A DNA stretch of 64,000 bases from an uncultured Rhizobium sp. (GCA_964506725.1 CAZDLU010000008.1:73-64072), one strand, 5' to 3'; positions 53,737 through 62,911 are shown, counted from the stretch's first letter. Notes: generated by a model not told the origin, from the sequence alone. A program made the numbers and translations.

Positions 53737-55163
53737 TGCCAATTTTACACTGGTTAGATAGGGACAAGACTATAAAGCAAACAAGCCGAGCCCCCTATCG
53801 TTTGCTTGAAGTTGATCCTCAACTTTCCTATGGGGATCAAAATTCGCAAAATCTCTTAATTCAAGGTGATAATTTAGAAGCTCTAAAAGCTCTTCTTCCT
53901 TACTACGCTGGCAAAGTAAAATGCATTTTTATCGATCCACCATACAACACAAAAAGCGCATTCGAGCATTACGATGATAATTTAGAGCATACAAAGTGGC
54001 TGGAGATGATGTATCCAAGATTGGAATTGTTGCGTGAGTTGTTGAGTGAGGATGGAAGTATCTGGGCAACTATTGATGATAACGAGGTTCACTATCTAAA
54101 AGTAGTGATGGATGAAGTTTTTGGGCGTAAAAATTTTATTTCAAATGTGGTCTGGCAGCACAGCATACAAGGACAAGGGTATCAAGGAAAATTCACACTG
54201 AACCATAATCATATTCTGTGCTATAAAAAATCTGATAACTTTTTATTAGGAGTGCTTCCGAGAGAAGAGCATCACAACAAAGCTTATTCCAATCCAGACA
54301 AAGATCCTAAAGGATTATGGAGAACTGGAGATGTTAGAAATGGATTATACCGACCAAACCTAAAATATAACATCACAACACCGAGTGGAAAGGTAATAGA
54401 GCCACCAGCTAATGGTTGGAGATGGTCACAAGACACTCTTGCTGAAAAAATCAAATCTGGAGAGATTGTTTTTTCTCCAGATGAAACAAGGATAATCAGA
54501 AAAATATATCTCTGCAATCAGGAAGGACGAGTTCCGGATTCTTGGTGGAATGGTGACGAAATGGGAACAACTCGTCAGGCAAAATCAGAGCTAAAAAGTA
54601 TTTTTGAAGAAGATCTGTTTGATACCCCAAAGCCGGAAAAACTGATTCAGAAAATTTTACAGCTTTCAACAAAGGAAAATGATTTAGTTCTCGACTCATT
54701 TCTTGGCTCCGGCACTACTGCTGCAGTTGCTCACAAAATGAATCGTCAATGGATTGGAATTGAAATGGGTGAGCATGCAAAGACTCACTGCGCTGCTCGT
54801 TTACAAAAAGTGATTAACGGTGAACAAGGTGGAATTTCAAAAGATGTTAATTGGCAAGGTGGTGGTGGATTCCATTTTTACAGTCTTGGTGAAGCGATTT
54901 TTGATGAAGATGGTCAGATTAATAAAAGCATCAGGTTCGAGCACCTAGCAGCACATATTTGGTTTTCAGAAACCAAAACTACTTTTAACAAAAAAGAAAA
55001 ATCCACACTTTTGGGCGCTCATAATGGCGTTGCTTATTATCTGTTATTCAACGGTATTTTGGGTGATAAAAGCATTTCTGGTGGAAATGTTTTAACCTCA
55101 AAAACTTTGGCAAAAATTCTTTCAGCTCTACCAAATGGCTTTGGAGCCAATAACTTCCGCTGA
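53736..55163 (+). CDS. mod: beta-class N6-adenine/N4-cytosine DNA methyltransferase (type III Mod-like), apparently 3'-truncated and without a Res partner
   Basis: 475 aa. Motif [11 protein letters not shown] precedes motif [14 protein letters not shown] (beta order). [18 protein letters not shown] box. The conserved tail breaks off after ...[14 protein letters not shown], and the last ~9 codons overlap copA. Confidence 0.7.
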   Translation: MPILHWLDRDKTIKQTSRAPYRLLEVDPQLSYGDQNSQNLLIQGDNLEALKALLPYYAGKVKCIFIDPPYNTKSAFEHYDDNLEHTKWLEMMYPRLELLRELLSEDGSIWATIDDNEVHYLKVVMDEVFGRKNFISNVVWQHSIQGQGYQGKFTLNHNHILCYKKSDNFLLGVLPREEHHNKAYSNPDKDPKGLWRTGDVRNGLYRPNLKYNITTPSGKVIEPPANGWRWSQDTLAEKIKSGEIVFSPDETRIIRKIYLCNQEGRVPDSWWNGDEMGTTRQAKSELKSIFEEDLFDTPKPEKLIQKILQLSTKENDLVLDSFLGSGTTAAVAHKMNRQWIGIEMGEHAKTHCAARLQKVINGEQGGISKDVNWQGGGGFHFYSLGEAIFDEDGQINKSIRFEHLAAHIWFSETKTTFNKKEKSTLLGAHNGVAYYLLFNGILGDKSISGGNVLTSKTLAKILSALPNGFGANNFR

Positions 55164-57144
55164 AAATAATGGCTTTGATGAAGAATTTTCTTGTTTGAAG
55201 AAACGATTTTTAATCGCGCTGATTCTGACTTTGCCGATTTTATTTTTGGAAATGGGCGGGCATTTTTTTCAGTTTATTGATGTCAGAGTTTCGCAGGTGA
55301 TTCAGATGATTTTATCATTCGCTGTCGTGTTTTGGAGTGGTTGGATATTTTTTGTCAAAGCTTTCGAATCGGTAAGAAATCGTATGCCGAACATGTTTAC
55401 ACTTATTGCTCTTGGAACCGGTGTAGCATGGATTTACAGCTTCGTTGCAATTTTATTTCCGCAAATTTTCCCTACTGAATTTTTAGATGATCAAGGTCAC
55501 ATCGCTGTTTATTTTGAATCGGCTGCTGTCATTACTTTACTAATTTTGCTTGGCCAAATTCTTGAAGTTAAAGCGCGCAAAAATACCTCCAGTGCCATCT
55601 CTGCTTTATTAAAACTTACTCCAACAAAAGCCTATCGTTTTACTAAAAATGGCGAAGAAGAAATTAGCATCGAGCAAATTCAAGTTGGAGATTTATTGCG
55701 CGTTCGTCCTGGCGATAAAATTCCAACTGATGGTGAAATTACTGAAGGCACAAGCAACATTGACGAATCCATGATTACCGGTGAATCAATGCCGGTTAAA
55801 AAGCAAATTGGTGATAAGGTGATTGGAGCTACAATCAATCAAGATGGCAGCTTTGTGATGAAAGTTTTGCAAGTTGGTGAAAGCACTGTTCTCCAACAAA
55901 TAATCAAAATGGTAACAGAGGCCAAGCAAGGACAAACCAAAATTCAGAAATTGGTTGATCAGGTTGCGGCATGGTTTGTGCCACTCGTTATTGTAATTGC
56001 TATCGCAACATTTTTTAGTTGGATGATTTTTGCTGATAATTCGGCGCATGGTTTGATTGCAGCAGTGTCGGTTCTGATTATTGCCTGTCCTTGCGCTCTT
56101 GGCCTTGCAACTCCAATGTCAATAATTGTCGCGCTTGGAAAAGGAGCGGCAAATGGCGTGTTGGTTAAAAATGCTGAGAGCTTAGAAAAAATGGCGAAAG
56201 TAAAAGTGATCGTTGTTGATAAAACCGGAACGCTAACGGAAGGAAAACCACAACTAACAAAAATTATTACAGTAAAAGATTTTACCGAAGAAAAAATTAT
56301 TCAACTTGCTGCAAGCCTTGAAAATCAGAGTGAACATCCACTTGCTAAAGCAATCACTAACTATGCCAAAGAAAAGAAAGTCTCTTTTTTGAAAGTAGGA
56401 AATTTTACAACTCCAATTGGAAAAGGAGTTAGCGGTGAAGTTGAAAATCAAAAAGTTTTAATCGGCAATGCCAATTTCATGGCAGAAAATTCCGTTGATT
56501 ATGAAGAATTAAAGGCAGCGGCGGAAGAATTGAAAACAGGCGGCGCAACGGTGATTTTCATCGCAATTAATCAAAAGCTCGCCGGTTTGTTTGCCATTGA
56601 AGATGCGCTAAAATCAACAAGTCTCGCAGCTGTAAAAGAGCTACAAAATCTTGGTCTCCGAATTGTCATGCTTACCGGAGATAGTAAAAAAACTGCTGAC
56701 AAAGTTGCTAAAGAATTAGGAATCACAGAAGTATTTGCTGAAATTCTTCCGCAAGAAAAAAGTAAAATTATTGCCCAATTAAAAGCTGAAGGAAATGCTG
56801 TAGCAATGGTCGGAGATGGCATTAATGATGCTCCAGCCTTAGCAATTGCCGATGTTGGAATTGCAGTGGCAAATGGAACTGATGTCGCAATTGAAAGTGC
56901 CGGAATTGTTCTGCTACATGGTGATTTGGCAAAGCTGGTTAAAGCTTTTCATCTTTCGCAAAAAACTATCCGCAATATTAAGGAAAATTTGTTTTTTGCT
57001 TTTGGTTACAATGTGTTCGCGATTCCTTTGGCTGCTGGTTTATTTGGTTTTCAATTGAGTCCGATTATTGCTGCGGCAGCGATGGCTTTAAGCGATGTAT
57101 CAGTGGTGGCAAATGCTCTTCGTCTAAAAACAATTAAAATTTAA
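55135..57144 (+). CDS. copA: copper-translocating P1B-type ATPase lacking the N-terminal HMA domain
   Basis: 669 aa. CPC motif ([13 protein letters not shown]), [19 protein letters not shown]. The sequence starts in the linker just before TM1 ([19 protein letters not shown]). No GMTCxxC domain. Confidence 0.88.
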   Translation: MALEPITSAENNGFDEEFSCLKKRFLIALILTLPILFLEMGGHFFQFIDVRVSQVIQMILSFAVVFWSGWIFFVKAFESVRNRMPNMFTLIALGTGVAWIYSFVAILFPQIFPTEFLDDQGHIAVYFESAAVITLLILLGQILEVKARKNTSSAISALLKLTPTKAYRFTKNGEEEISIEQIQVGDLLRVRPGDKIPTDGEITEGTSNIDESMITGESMPVKKQIGDKVIGATINQDGSFVMKVLQVGESTVLQQIIKMVTEAKQGQTKIQKLVDQVAAWFVPLVIVIAIATFFSWMIFADNSAHGLIAAVSVLIIACPCALGLATPMSIIVALGKGAANGVLVKNAESLEKMAKVKVIVVDKTGTLTEGKPQLTKIITVKDFTEEKIIQLAASLENQSEHPLAKAITNYAKEKKVSFLKVGNFTTPIGKGVSGEVENQKVLIGNANFMAENSVDYEELKAAAEELKTGGATVIFIAINQKLAGLFAIEDALKSTSLAAVKELQNLGLRIVMLTGDSKKTADKVAKELGITEVFAEILPQEKSKIIAQLKAEGNAVAMVGDGINDAPALAIADVGIAVANGTDVAIESAGIVLLHGDLAKLVKAFHLSQKTIRNIKENLFFAFGYNVFAIPLAAGLFGFQLSPIIAAAAMALSDVSVVANALRLKTIKI

Positions 57145-57145
57145 A

Positions 57146-58762
57146 ATGCGAAAATACTTCCTGATTTTTTTACTTCTTTTGGGGTCTGCTCCAGCCTTGG
57201 CTAAAACCTATGATCTTGAAATCAAAAAGCAGAATGTTTTTATCACCGGAAAAGCAATTGAAGCAATAACCATCAATGGTGGAGTTCCTGGTCCGACCTT
57301 GCGCTTAAAAGAAGGAGAAGATGTTACGATCAATGTCAAAAACTCGATGGATGAAACTACCTCAATTCATTGGCACGGAATTTTACTTGATGGAAAATTT
57401 GATGGTGTGCCTGGTTTAAATGGTTTTCACGGTATTGCGCCACATACAACTTTCACCTATAAATTCAAAGTCAGGCAAAAAGGAACTTACTGGTATCACT
57501 CCCATTCAAACTTGCAGGAGCAGCAAGGTGTTTATGGCTCAATTGTAATTGAGCCAAGCGAAGCCAAAGCTGACCGTGAGCATGTTATTGTTCTCTCTGA
57601 TTTTACTGAGGAAAATCCCAACACAGTTTTAAACAATCTCAAAATTGATTCCGGCTATTATAATTTTAACAAGCGCACAATTTTTACTTTTTTCTCTGAC
57701 ATAAAAAAGAACGGATTTTCTGCAACGCTGCGCAATTACATGGATTGGGGTTCAATGCGCATGGATCCTACAGACTTATCAGATGTCACCAGATATTATT
57801 TCTTAACAAACGGCAAAACCGCAGAGCAAAATTGGACGGGAATTTTTAAGAAAGGTGAACGCGTAAAACTTCGCTTCATCAATGCTTCAGCGATGACAAT
57901 TTACGACATTTCAATCCCTGGTCTAAAAATGAAGTTGGTTGAAGCGGATGGTCAACCGGTAAAACCAACCTCAATTGACGAATTCCGTTTTGGCGTTGCC
58001 GAAACTTACGATGTGATTGTTGAGCCAAAAGAAGATAAGGCTTACACAATTTTTGCCGAATCAATTGACCGCACCGGATACGCCAGAGGAACTCTTGCAC
58101 CAAAAGAAGGAATGGAAGGCAAAATTCCACCAATGCGTCCAAGGGCGGTTTTAACTATGGCAGATATGGCAATGGGAGGTATGGATCATAGCAGCATGCA
58201 AGGAATGAGTGATATGAAAAATATGGATCACTCAAAAATGGGTCATGACATGAGTGGCATGGATATGGGCGGAATGAATATGGCCGAGGGGATGAATAAT
58301 GTAAAAAGTGGCTGGGCGCAGCGTGGTACTCCAAAAGGTAATAAAGCTTTAGAATATTCCGATCTAATTTCTCTTTACCCTCAAAAAGATTTACGTCAAC
58401 CAACTCGTGAGATTGAATTCAAATTTGGCGGCACGATGAATCGCTATATCTGGACGATCAACGGCGAAAAATTTCCAAAACCAATGCGCTTAAAATATGG
58501 AGAACGAGTGCGTCTACAGTTTGTTAATGAAACCATGATGGCACATCCAATTCATTTACATGGTATGTTCATGCAGCTTGAAAATGGTCAGCCAATGAAA
58601 TGGATGCCAAATAAACACACAGTTCTTTTGCCTCCCGCACAAACTGTTACATTGCTTTTAACCGCCGATGAAGCGGGCGAATGGGCACTCCATTGTCACC
58701 TTCTTCTGCATATGGCAAGCGGCATGATGACTTCTGTTACCGTTGATAAGGAGGGCAAATAA
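57146..58762 (+). CDS. pcoA: periplasmic multicopper oxidase, CopA/PcoA family
   Basis: 538 aa. Signal peptide. Cu-binding HWHG, WYHSH, HPIHLHG, HCHLLLHMASGM. Met/His-rich loop (MADMAMGGMDHSSMQGMSDMKNMDHSKMGHDMSGMDMGGMNM). Confidence 0.9.
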   Translation: MRKYFLIFLLLLGSAPALAKTYDLEIKKQNVFITGKAIEAITINGGVPGPTLRLKEGEDVTINVKNSMDETTSIHWHGILLDGKFDGVPGLNGFHGIAPHTTFTYKFKVRQKGTYWYHSHSNLQEQQGVYGSIVIEPSEAKADREHVIVLSDFTEENPNTVLNNLKIDSGYYNFNKRTIFTFFSDIKKNGFSATLRNYMDWGSMRMDPTDLSDVTRYYFLTNGKTAEQNWTGIFKKGERVKLRFINASAMTIYDISIPGLKMKLVEADGQPVKPTSIDEFRFGVAETYDVIVEPKEDKAYTIFAESIDRTGYARGTLAPKEGMEGKIPPMRPRAVLTMADMAMGGMDHSSMQGMSDMKNMDHSKMGHDMSGMDMGGMNMAEGMNNVKSGWAQRGTPKGNKALEYSDLISLYPQKDLRQPTREIEFKFGGTMNRYIWTINGEKFPKPMRLKYGERVRLQFVNETMMAHPIHLHGMFMQLENGQPMKWMPNKHTVLLPPAQTVTLLLTADEAGEWALHCHLLLHMASGMMTSVTVDKEGK

Positions 58763-59502
58763 TGAGAGTAAAATTTTTCTTAAAATCAGGTCTGATATTT
58801 TTCTTTTTTGGCGGAATTGCTTTTGCCCAAAATGTAGAACCAAAAATGGATCATGGTGATGATCATGCGCAAATTTATCACGCTTTTACTGTCGAAGCAG
58901 ATGTTGGTGAAGCTCAAGATGGCCGCTCAAAAGGCTTCGATCTTTCCGGTTGGGTTGGTGGCGATTACAACCGACTATGGATTAATAGTGAGAAAAAAAA
59001 TTACGGAAATTATGAGGAAATATTTGAAGCCCAAGCGCTTTATAGTCGTAACGTTGCTCAATTTTGGGATGCGCAAATCGGTGTCGCTCATGATTTTAGC
59101 ACCGATTTTACTCCAACAAATGTAAATTATTTTGTAATTGGTGTTGAAGGTCTGGCGCCACAAATGTTTGAAACCAAGGCGCAATTTTTTCTAAGTGATG
59201 AGGGAAACTACAGTGCCAGATTCAAGCAGGAAGTTGATATTTTTCTGACACAACGATTGATTACCCAACCTTATTTTGAGACCGAAATTTTTGCTCAGGA
59301 TGTTGAAAAGTTAGAAGTGAAATCAGGAATTTCTGATTTTGAAGTTGGTATTGCAACACGCTACGAAATCAGCCGCAAGTTCGCTCCATACTTCGCTCTA
59401 CGTTATCACACTAAAACTTTTGGCACGGCAGATTTAGCAAGGCAGCTTGGAGAAAGAGTCGATAATTTTATCGTTGCCGCAGGGATAAGATTGAGATTTT
59501 AG
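58762..59502 (+). CDS. pcoB: copper resistance protein B (outer-membrane), CopB/PcoB family
   Basis: 246 aa. Signal peptide and beta-barrel-like C-terminal part ending ...AAGIRLRF. Its start overlaps the stop of the MCO gene. Confidence 0.8.
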   Translation: MRVKFFLKSGLIFFFFGGIAFAQNVEPKMDHGDDHAQIYHAFTVEADVGEAQDGRSKGFDLSGWVGGDYNRLWINSEKKNYGNYEEIFEAQALYSRNVAQFWDAQIGVAHDFSTDFTPTNVNYFVIGVEGLAPQMFETKAQFFLSDEGNYSARFKQEVDIFLTQRLITQPYFETEIFAQDVEKLEVKSGISDFEVGIATRYEISRKFAPYFALRYHTKTFGTADLARQLGERVDNFIVAAGIRLRF

Positions 59503-59588
59503 TGAAATTTTTAGCGACTTTTTGCTAAAAATCCGTCTAAAATATTTCCGCTAAGGAAATAATTTTTATTAACAAAACTTTTAAAATT

Positions 59589-59906
59589 ATGAAAAAAATA
59601 TATCTGCTTATTGCCACCATTTTTTTATCTTCTTCAGTTGCGGCTAATGCGGAGCAATCTCATTCTACCCATCAGGATGAAATGAAGAATATTGATCACA
59701 GCAATGCCGCTCATAAGTCTGAAATGGAAGCTGTAGATCATGAAAAAGCTGCTCATAAATCTCAAATGAAAGCGGTAGATCACACAGACAAAATTCATAA
59801 AAATAAAATGAAAGCTGTAGATCGCGCTAACAAACATCATAAATCTAAAATGAGTGAATCGCAGGAAAAAGAATCCGATGATCACGGCAGTCATCATGTT
59901 AACTAG
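59589..59906 (+). CDS. secreted His/Lys/Met-rich tandem-repeat protein, putative periplasmic metal-binding protein
   Basis: 105 aa. Signal peptide, then about 4.5 copies of a 14-aa unit (HKS.MKAVDH....) and a DDHGSHHVN tail. It sits between the copper and arsenic genes. Confidence 0.6.
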   Translation: MKKIYLLIATIFLSSSVAANAEQSHSTHQDEMKNIDHSNAAHKSEMEAVDHEKAAHKSQMKAVDHTDKIHKNKMKAVDRANKHHKSKMSESQEKESDDHGSHHVN

Positions 59907-59999
59907 AAAAAATCATGTGATCATGGCGACAGAATAAAATTATTCTTCTGTCGTCACATTTGAATGAATTATCAATTATAGCAATATCAATTTTTCTCA

Positions 60000-61007
60000 T
60001 CATTTGCTGAATTTCTTTGCGGTTTTATTGGCAATATTAACCAGCAAAAGCATTGCCGGAACTTCGACCAAAACACCAACTACTGTTGCAAAGGCCGCGC
60101 CGGAATTTAAACCAAACAGGCTGATTGCCACCGCAACTGCTAATTCAAAGAAATTGGAAGAACTGATCATGGATGCGGGAGCCGCGATGTTGTGTGGAAT
60201 TTTGGCTTTATACATCCAGAAGTAAGTCAAACCAAACATCAGAAAACTTTGTAGAATTATTGGCACTGCCACCATCAGAATTGGTGCGGGATTTTTTAAC
60301 AAAATATTAGCCTGAAATCCAAACAGCAAAACTACCGTTATTAATAATCCACTTACTGAATAAGGCTTGAGATGATTCAAAAAAAAATCGAGTTTTTTTG
60401 CCGAAAGTTTCTGGCGCGTAAAATATCCACCAAACATCGGAATTAAAACATAAAGCAAAACTGATAAAATTAGCGTGTTCCACGGCACTTCAATTTTTGC
60501 CACACCAAGCAGAAAAGCTACAATTGGCGCATAAGCAAAAATCATGATCAGGTCATTTAGTGAAACCTGAACCAAAGTGTAGTTGGCATTTCCTTTTACC
60601 AATTTGCTCCAGACGAAAACCATTGCCGTGCAAGGCGCACCACCAAGCAAAATCAGACCAGCCAGATATTCTTTAGAATCAAGTTCGGGAATAAAATCTT
60701 TGAAGACATGTTGTAAAAAAAGCGCTCCAAGAGCAGCCATACTGAAAGGCATAATCAACCAGGTGACAACAAAACTAATTCCAAATGCTTTTGGTTTCTT
60801 TGTTACTTCTTTGATCGTTGAGAAATCAATTCCCACCATCATCGGATAAATCATCACCCAAATCAAAATGGCGATGACGAAATTAACATTGGCATATTGA
60901 AGTTGACTTAAAATTTCAAAGATTTGCGGAAACAATTTTCCAAGCACGACTCCAGCAACAATTGATAAGGCAACCCAGAGGCTTAAATATCTTTCAAAAA
61001 TTCCCAT
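60000..61007 (-). CDS. acr3: arsenite efflux transporter, ACR3 family
   Basis: 335 aa. MGIFERYLSLWVALSIVAGVVLG start, IWVMIYPMMVGIDF, GGAPCTAMVFVWS. Confidence 0.9.
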   Translation of the reverse strand: MGIFERYLSLWVALSIVAGVVLGKLFPQIFEILSQLQYANVNFVIAILIWVMIYPMMVGIDFSTIKEVTKKPKAFGISFVVTWLIMPFSMAALGALFLQHVFKDFIPELDSKEYLAGLILLGGAPCTAMVFVWSKLVKGNANYTLVQVSLNDLIMIFAYAPIVAFLLGVAKIEVPWNTLILSVLLYVLIPMFGGYFTRQKLSAKKLDFFLNHLKPYSVSGLLITVVLLFGFQANILLKNPAPILMVAVPIILQSFLMFGLTYFWMYKAKIPHNIAAPASMISSSNFFELAVAVAISLFGLNSGAAFATVVGVLVEVPAMLLLVNIANKTAKKFSK

Positions 61008-61010
61008 AAA

Positions 61011-61487
61011 TTATTTTAGTTTTGCGATTTTATTAAATTTAGAAATTAACTCTTCTTTGGAGAGGCTCAAATCTACACCTGACAAAGCCTTAATTCGCTT
61101 TTCTATAATTGAAAAAATCCTCTCAAATTCAGCTTCGACTTCCTCACTGCTACCGGTAAATTTTGCTGGGTCTTCTAATCCTAAATGCACTTTGATAAAG
61201 TTGCCTAGAAATAACGGACAAGATTCATTGGCAGCATTATCACAAACTGTGATCACAATATCGAAGCGCTCATTTTTGAATTCACCCCAGCTTTTGCTTC
61301 TTAGGTTTGTAGTAGAAATGCCGTGTTTTTGCAGAGTTTTAATTGCCAGCGGATGAACATATCCAGCAGGAAAACTTCCGGCACTAAATGCCTCAAATTT
61401 ATCGCCAGCATAGTGATTAATCGCAGCTTCAAACATTATACTGCGGCATGAATTGCCAGTGCAGAGAACGAGGATTTTGGTTTTCAT
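61011..61487 (-). CDS. arsC: arsenate reductase, thioredoxin-coupled LMW-PTP type
   Basis: 158 aa. CTGNSCRS P-loop and the downstream Cys pair (VCDNAANESCP). Confidence 0.85.
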   Translation of the reverse strand: MKTKILVLCTGNSCRSIMFEAAINHYAGDKFEAFSAGSFPAGYVHPLAIKTLQKHGISTTNLRSKSWGEFKNERFDIVITVCDNAANESCPLFLGNFIKVHLGLEDPAKFTGSSEEVEAEFERIFSIIEKRIKALSGVDLSLSKEELISKFNKIAKLK

Positions 61488-61822
61488 TTTTTCTTACAGT
61501 CATTAAATAAATTTGAATCAATACAGGATTTTTCTCCTGAATCAGCGCAACAATTTTCAAACAGAAATTTTATCAGATTTTCCATAGCTTTAAAGTTGGC
61601 CGTGTAAGTAATACATCTGCCGCTTTTACTTTTCTTGATCAGCTTATTTTTCTCCAGATGCGCCAGATGAAAAGACATAGTATTTTGTGGCACATCCATC
61701 TTCTTACTGATTTCGCCTGCAAGTAAACCATCAAAGCCCGCCTTAACCAACAGCTTAAAAGCCCTCAAACGAGTTTCTTGAGATAAAGAACTAAGTGCTG
61801 ATGCCGCTTCTTTTAAATTCAT
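61484..61822 (-). CDS. arsR: ArsR/SmtB-family metalloregulator
   Basis: 112 aa. wHTH (AGEISKKMDVPQNTMSFHLAHLEKNKLIK) and C-terminal Cys cluster (ENCCADSGEKSC). Confidence 0.85.
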   Translation of the reverse strand: MNLKEAASALSSLSQETRLRAFKLLVKAGFDGLLAGEISKKMDVPQNTMSFHLAHLEKNKLIKKSKSGRCITYTANFKAMENLIKFLFENCCADSGEKSCIDSNLFNDCKKK

Positions 61823-61934
61823 AACTGCAATATAATTAATCTAAATATCCAGAATTATGGATATTCCTAAACAAAAGTCAATATGCGACAAGTTTGCAAA
61901 AAAGTCGGAAACATCACTTGAGGTAGCATAGCAT

Positions 61935-62180
61935 GAAGTTCGATGAAAAACCCACGAAGCCAGCATTTATCAATGCTTACCGTTTTCAAAAAGGTAAACG
62001 TGAAGCGGAGAAACAGAGAGAAAAATACCCCAAAAATGCAGAAAATTTTGCTGACAAGAGAGAGGAAGGTAAGCGTGAAATGGAAATTCAAATGTGGAGA
62101 GAAGCCGCAAACACAGGGGCTGGAGACGGGTAGAGAATTTTGCTAAAACCTATGGGAGATTCGGTTCGCAAAGGTATGTA
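61935..62180 (+). repeat. island boundary repeat, copy D (reference copy abutting the tRNA-Ser 3' end)
   Basis: gaagttcgatgaaaaa...ccagcatttatcaatgcttaccg...ggtaaacgtgaag (61993)...ggtaagcgtgaaatg (62068)...gccgcaaacacaggggctggagacgg...ggttcgcaaaggtatgta, followed directly by tggcgg of the tRNA. Confidence 0.75.
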
Positions 62181-62270
62181 TGGCGGACAGGGTGAGATTC
62201 GAACTCACGGAACGCTTGCACGTTCGGCAGTTTTCAAGACTGCTGCCTTAAACCGCTCGGCCACCTGTCC
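62181..62270 (-). tRNA. tRNA-Ser (anticodon UGA)
   Basis: Minus-strand read: GGACAGGTGGCCGAGCGGTTTAAGGCAGCAGTCTTGAAAACTGCCGAACGTGCAAGCGTTCCGTGAGTTCGAATCTCACCCTGTCCGCCA. 7-bp acceptor stem, anticodon stem GCAGT/ACTGC with loop CTTGAAA, long variable arm, T-arm GTGAG-TTCGAAT-CTCAC, encoded CCA. Confidence 0.93.
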
Positions 62271-62484
62271 GTATTAGATAGCTGTCTCTTCACCAGAGGA
62301 CACTTATCCTATTTTCTTAGAAGAAGCTTCGCTTCGCCTTAGAACGATTTGTCCGCCGCAGTTCGGGAACCGAACTTAAGGAAGACTGTACTATTTAAAC
62401 GCGGAAATTTAAAAAGAGCAGGGCATTGTAATTATTCGGTTTTTAATTGCAATGCGCTTGTGGTTTTTTTGATATGAATTTTAA

Positions 62485-62505
62485 GACGGGGTTAAGAACC
62501 CCGTC
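62485..62505 (-). terminator. possible terminator downstream of gcvH
   Basis: gacgggg-ttaagaa-ccccgtc hairpin 27 nt after the gcvH stop. The following T-tract on the minus strand is weak. Confidence 0.35.
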
Positions 62506-62531
62506 CTGTGCTTATTCTTGGTTTTTTTATT

Positions 62532-62897
62532 TTACTGATTTTTCAAAAATTCTTTGTACTCAGCTTCGCTCATCGCGTCAGCCAACTCGCTGTCATCTTT
62601 AATTTTAACTTTTGCGATCCAGCCGTCTTGGTAAGAAGAATTATTTACCAATTCTGGTTGTGAAGTAAGGCTGTCATTGGCTGCGATTACTTCGCCGCTT
62701 ACCGGGATATAAACATCGCTCGCGGATTTTGAAGATTCAACAACTGCGAAAGCGTCGCCTTTGTTGTAAGCGTTGCCAACTTTTGGCAGTTCGACGTAAA
62801 CTAATTCGCCCAAGGCTTCAGCGGCGTATTCTGTAATGCCGATAGTGGCTGTGTTGCCTTCGATTTTTACCCATTCGTGATCTTTTGTGTATTTCAT
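62532..62897 (-). CDS. gcvH: glycine cleavage system H protein
   Basis: 121 aa. YTKDHEWV, lipoyl-lysine motif VESSKSASDVY. Confidence 0.93.
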   Translation of the reverse strand: MKYTKDHEWVKIEGNTATIGITEYAAEALGELVYVELPKVGNAYNKGDAFAVVESSKSASDVYIPVSGEVIAANDSLTSQPELVNNSSYQDGWIAKVKIKDDSELADAMSEAEYKEFLKNQ

Positions 62898-62911
62898 AAG
62901 TTAAAAATTCT

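Noticed and set aside
59927-59953. Hairpin cgacagaa...ttctgtcg between the His-rich protein gene and acr3, considered as a bidirectional terminator
   Set aside because: The stem is only 8 bp with an 11-nt loop, and neither strand has an adjacent T-tract. This is too weak to call.
62271-62484. Possible small RNA (SRP/4.5S-like aaggaag and gttcgggaaccgaac hairpin) or riboswitch between tRNA-Ser and gcvH
   Set aside because: The conserved SRP helix-8 motif (GGUCC-GGAA-GGAAGCAGCC) is absent. A glycine riboswitch would lie upstream of gcvT, outside the window. There is only a generic hairpin, which is insufficient evidence.
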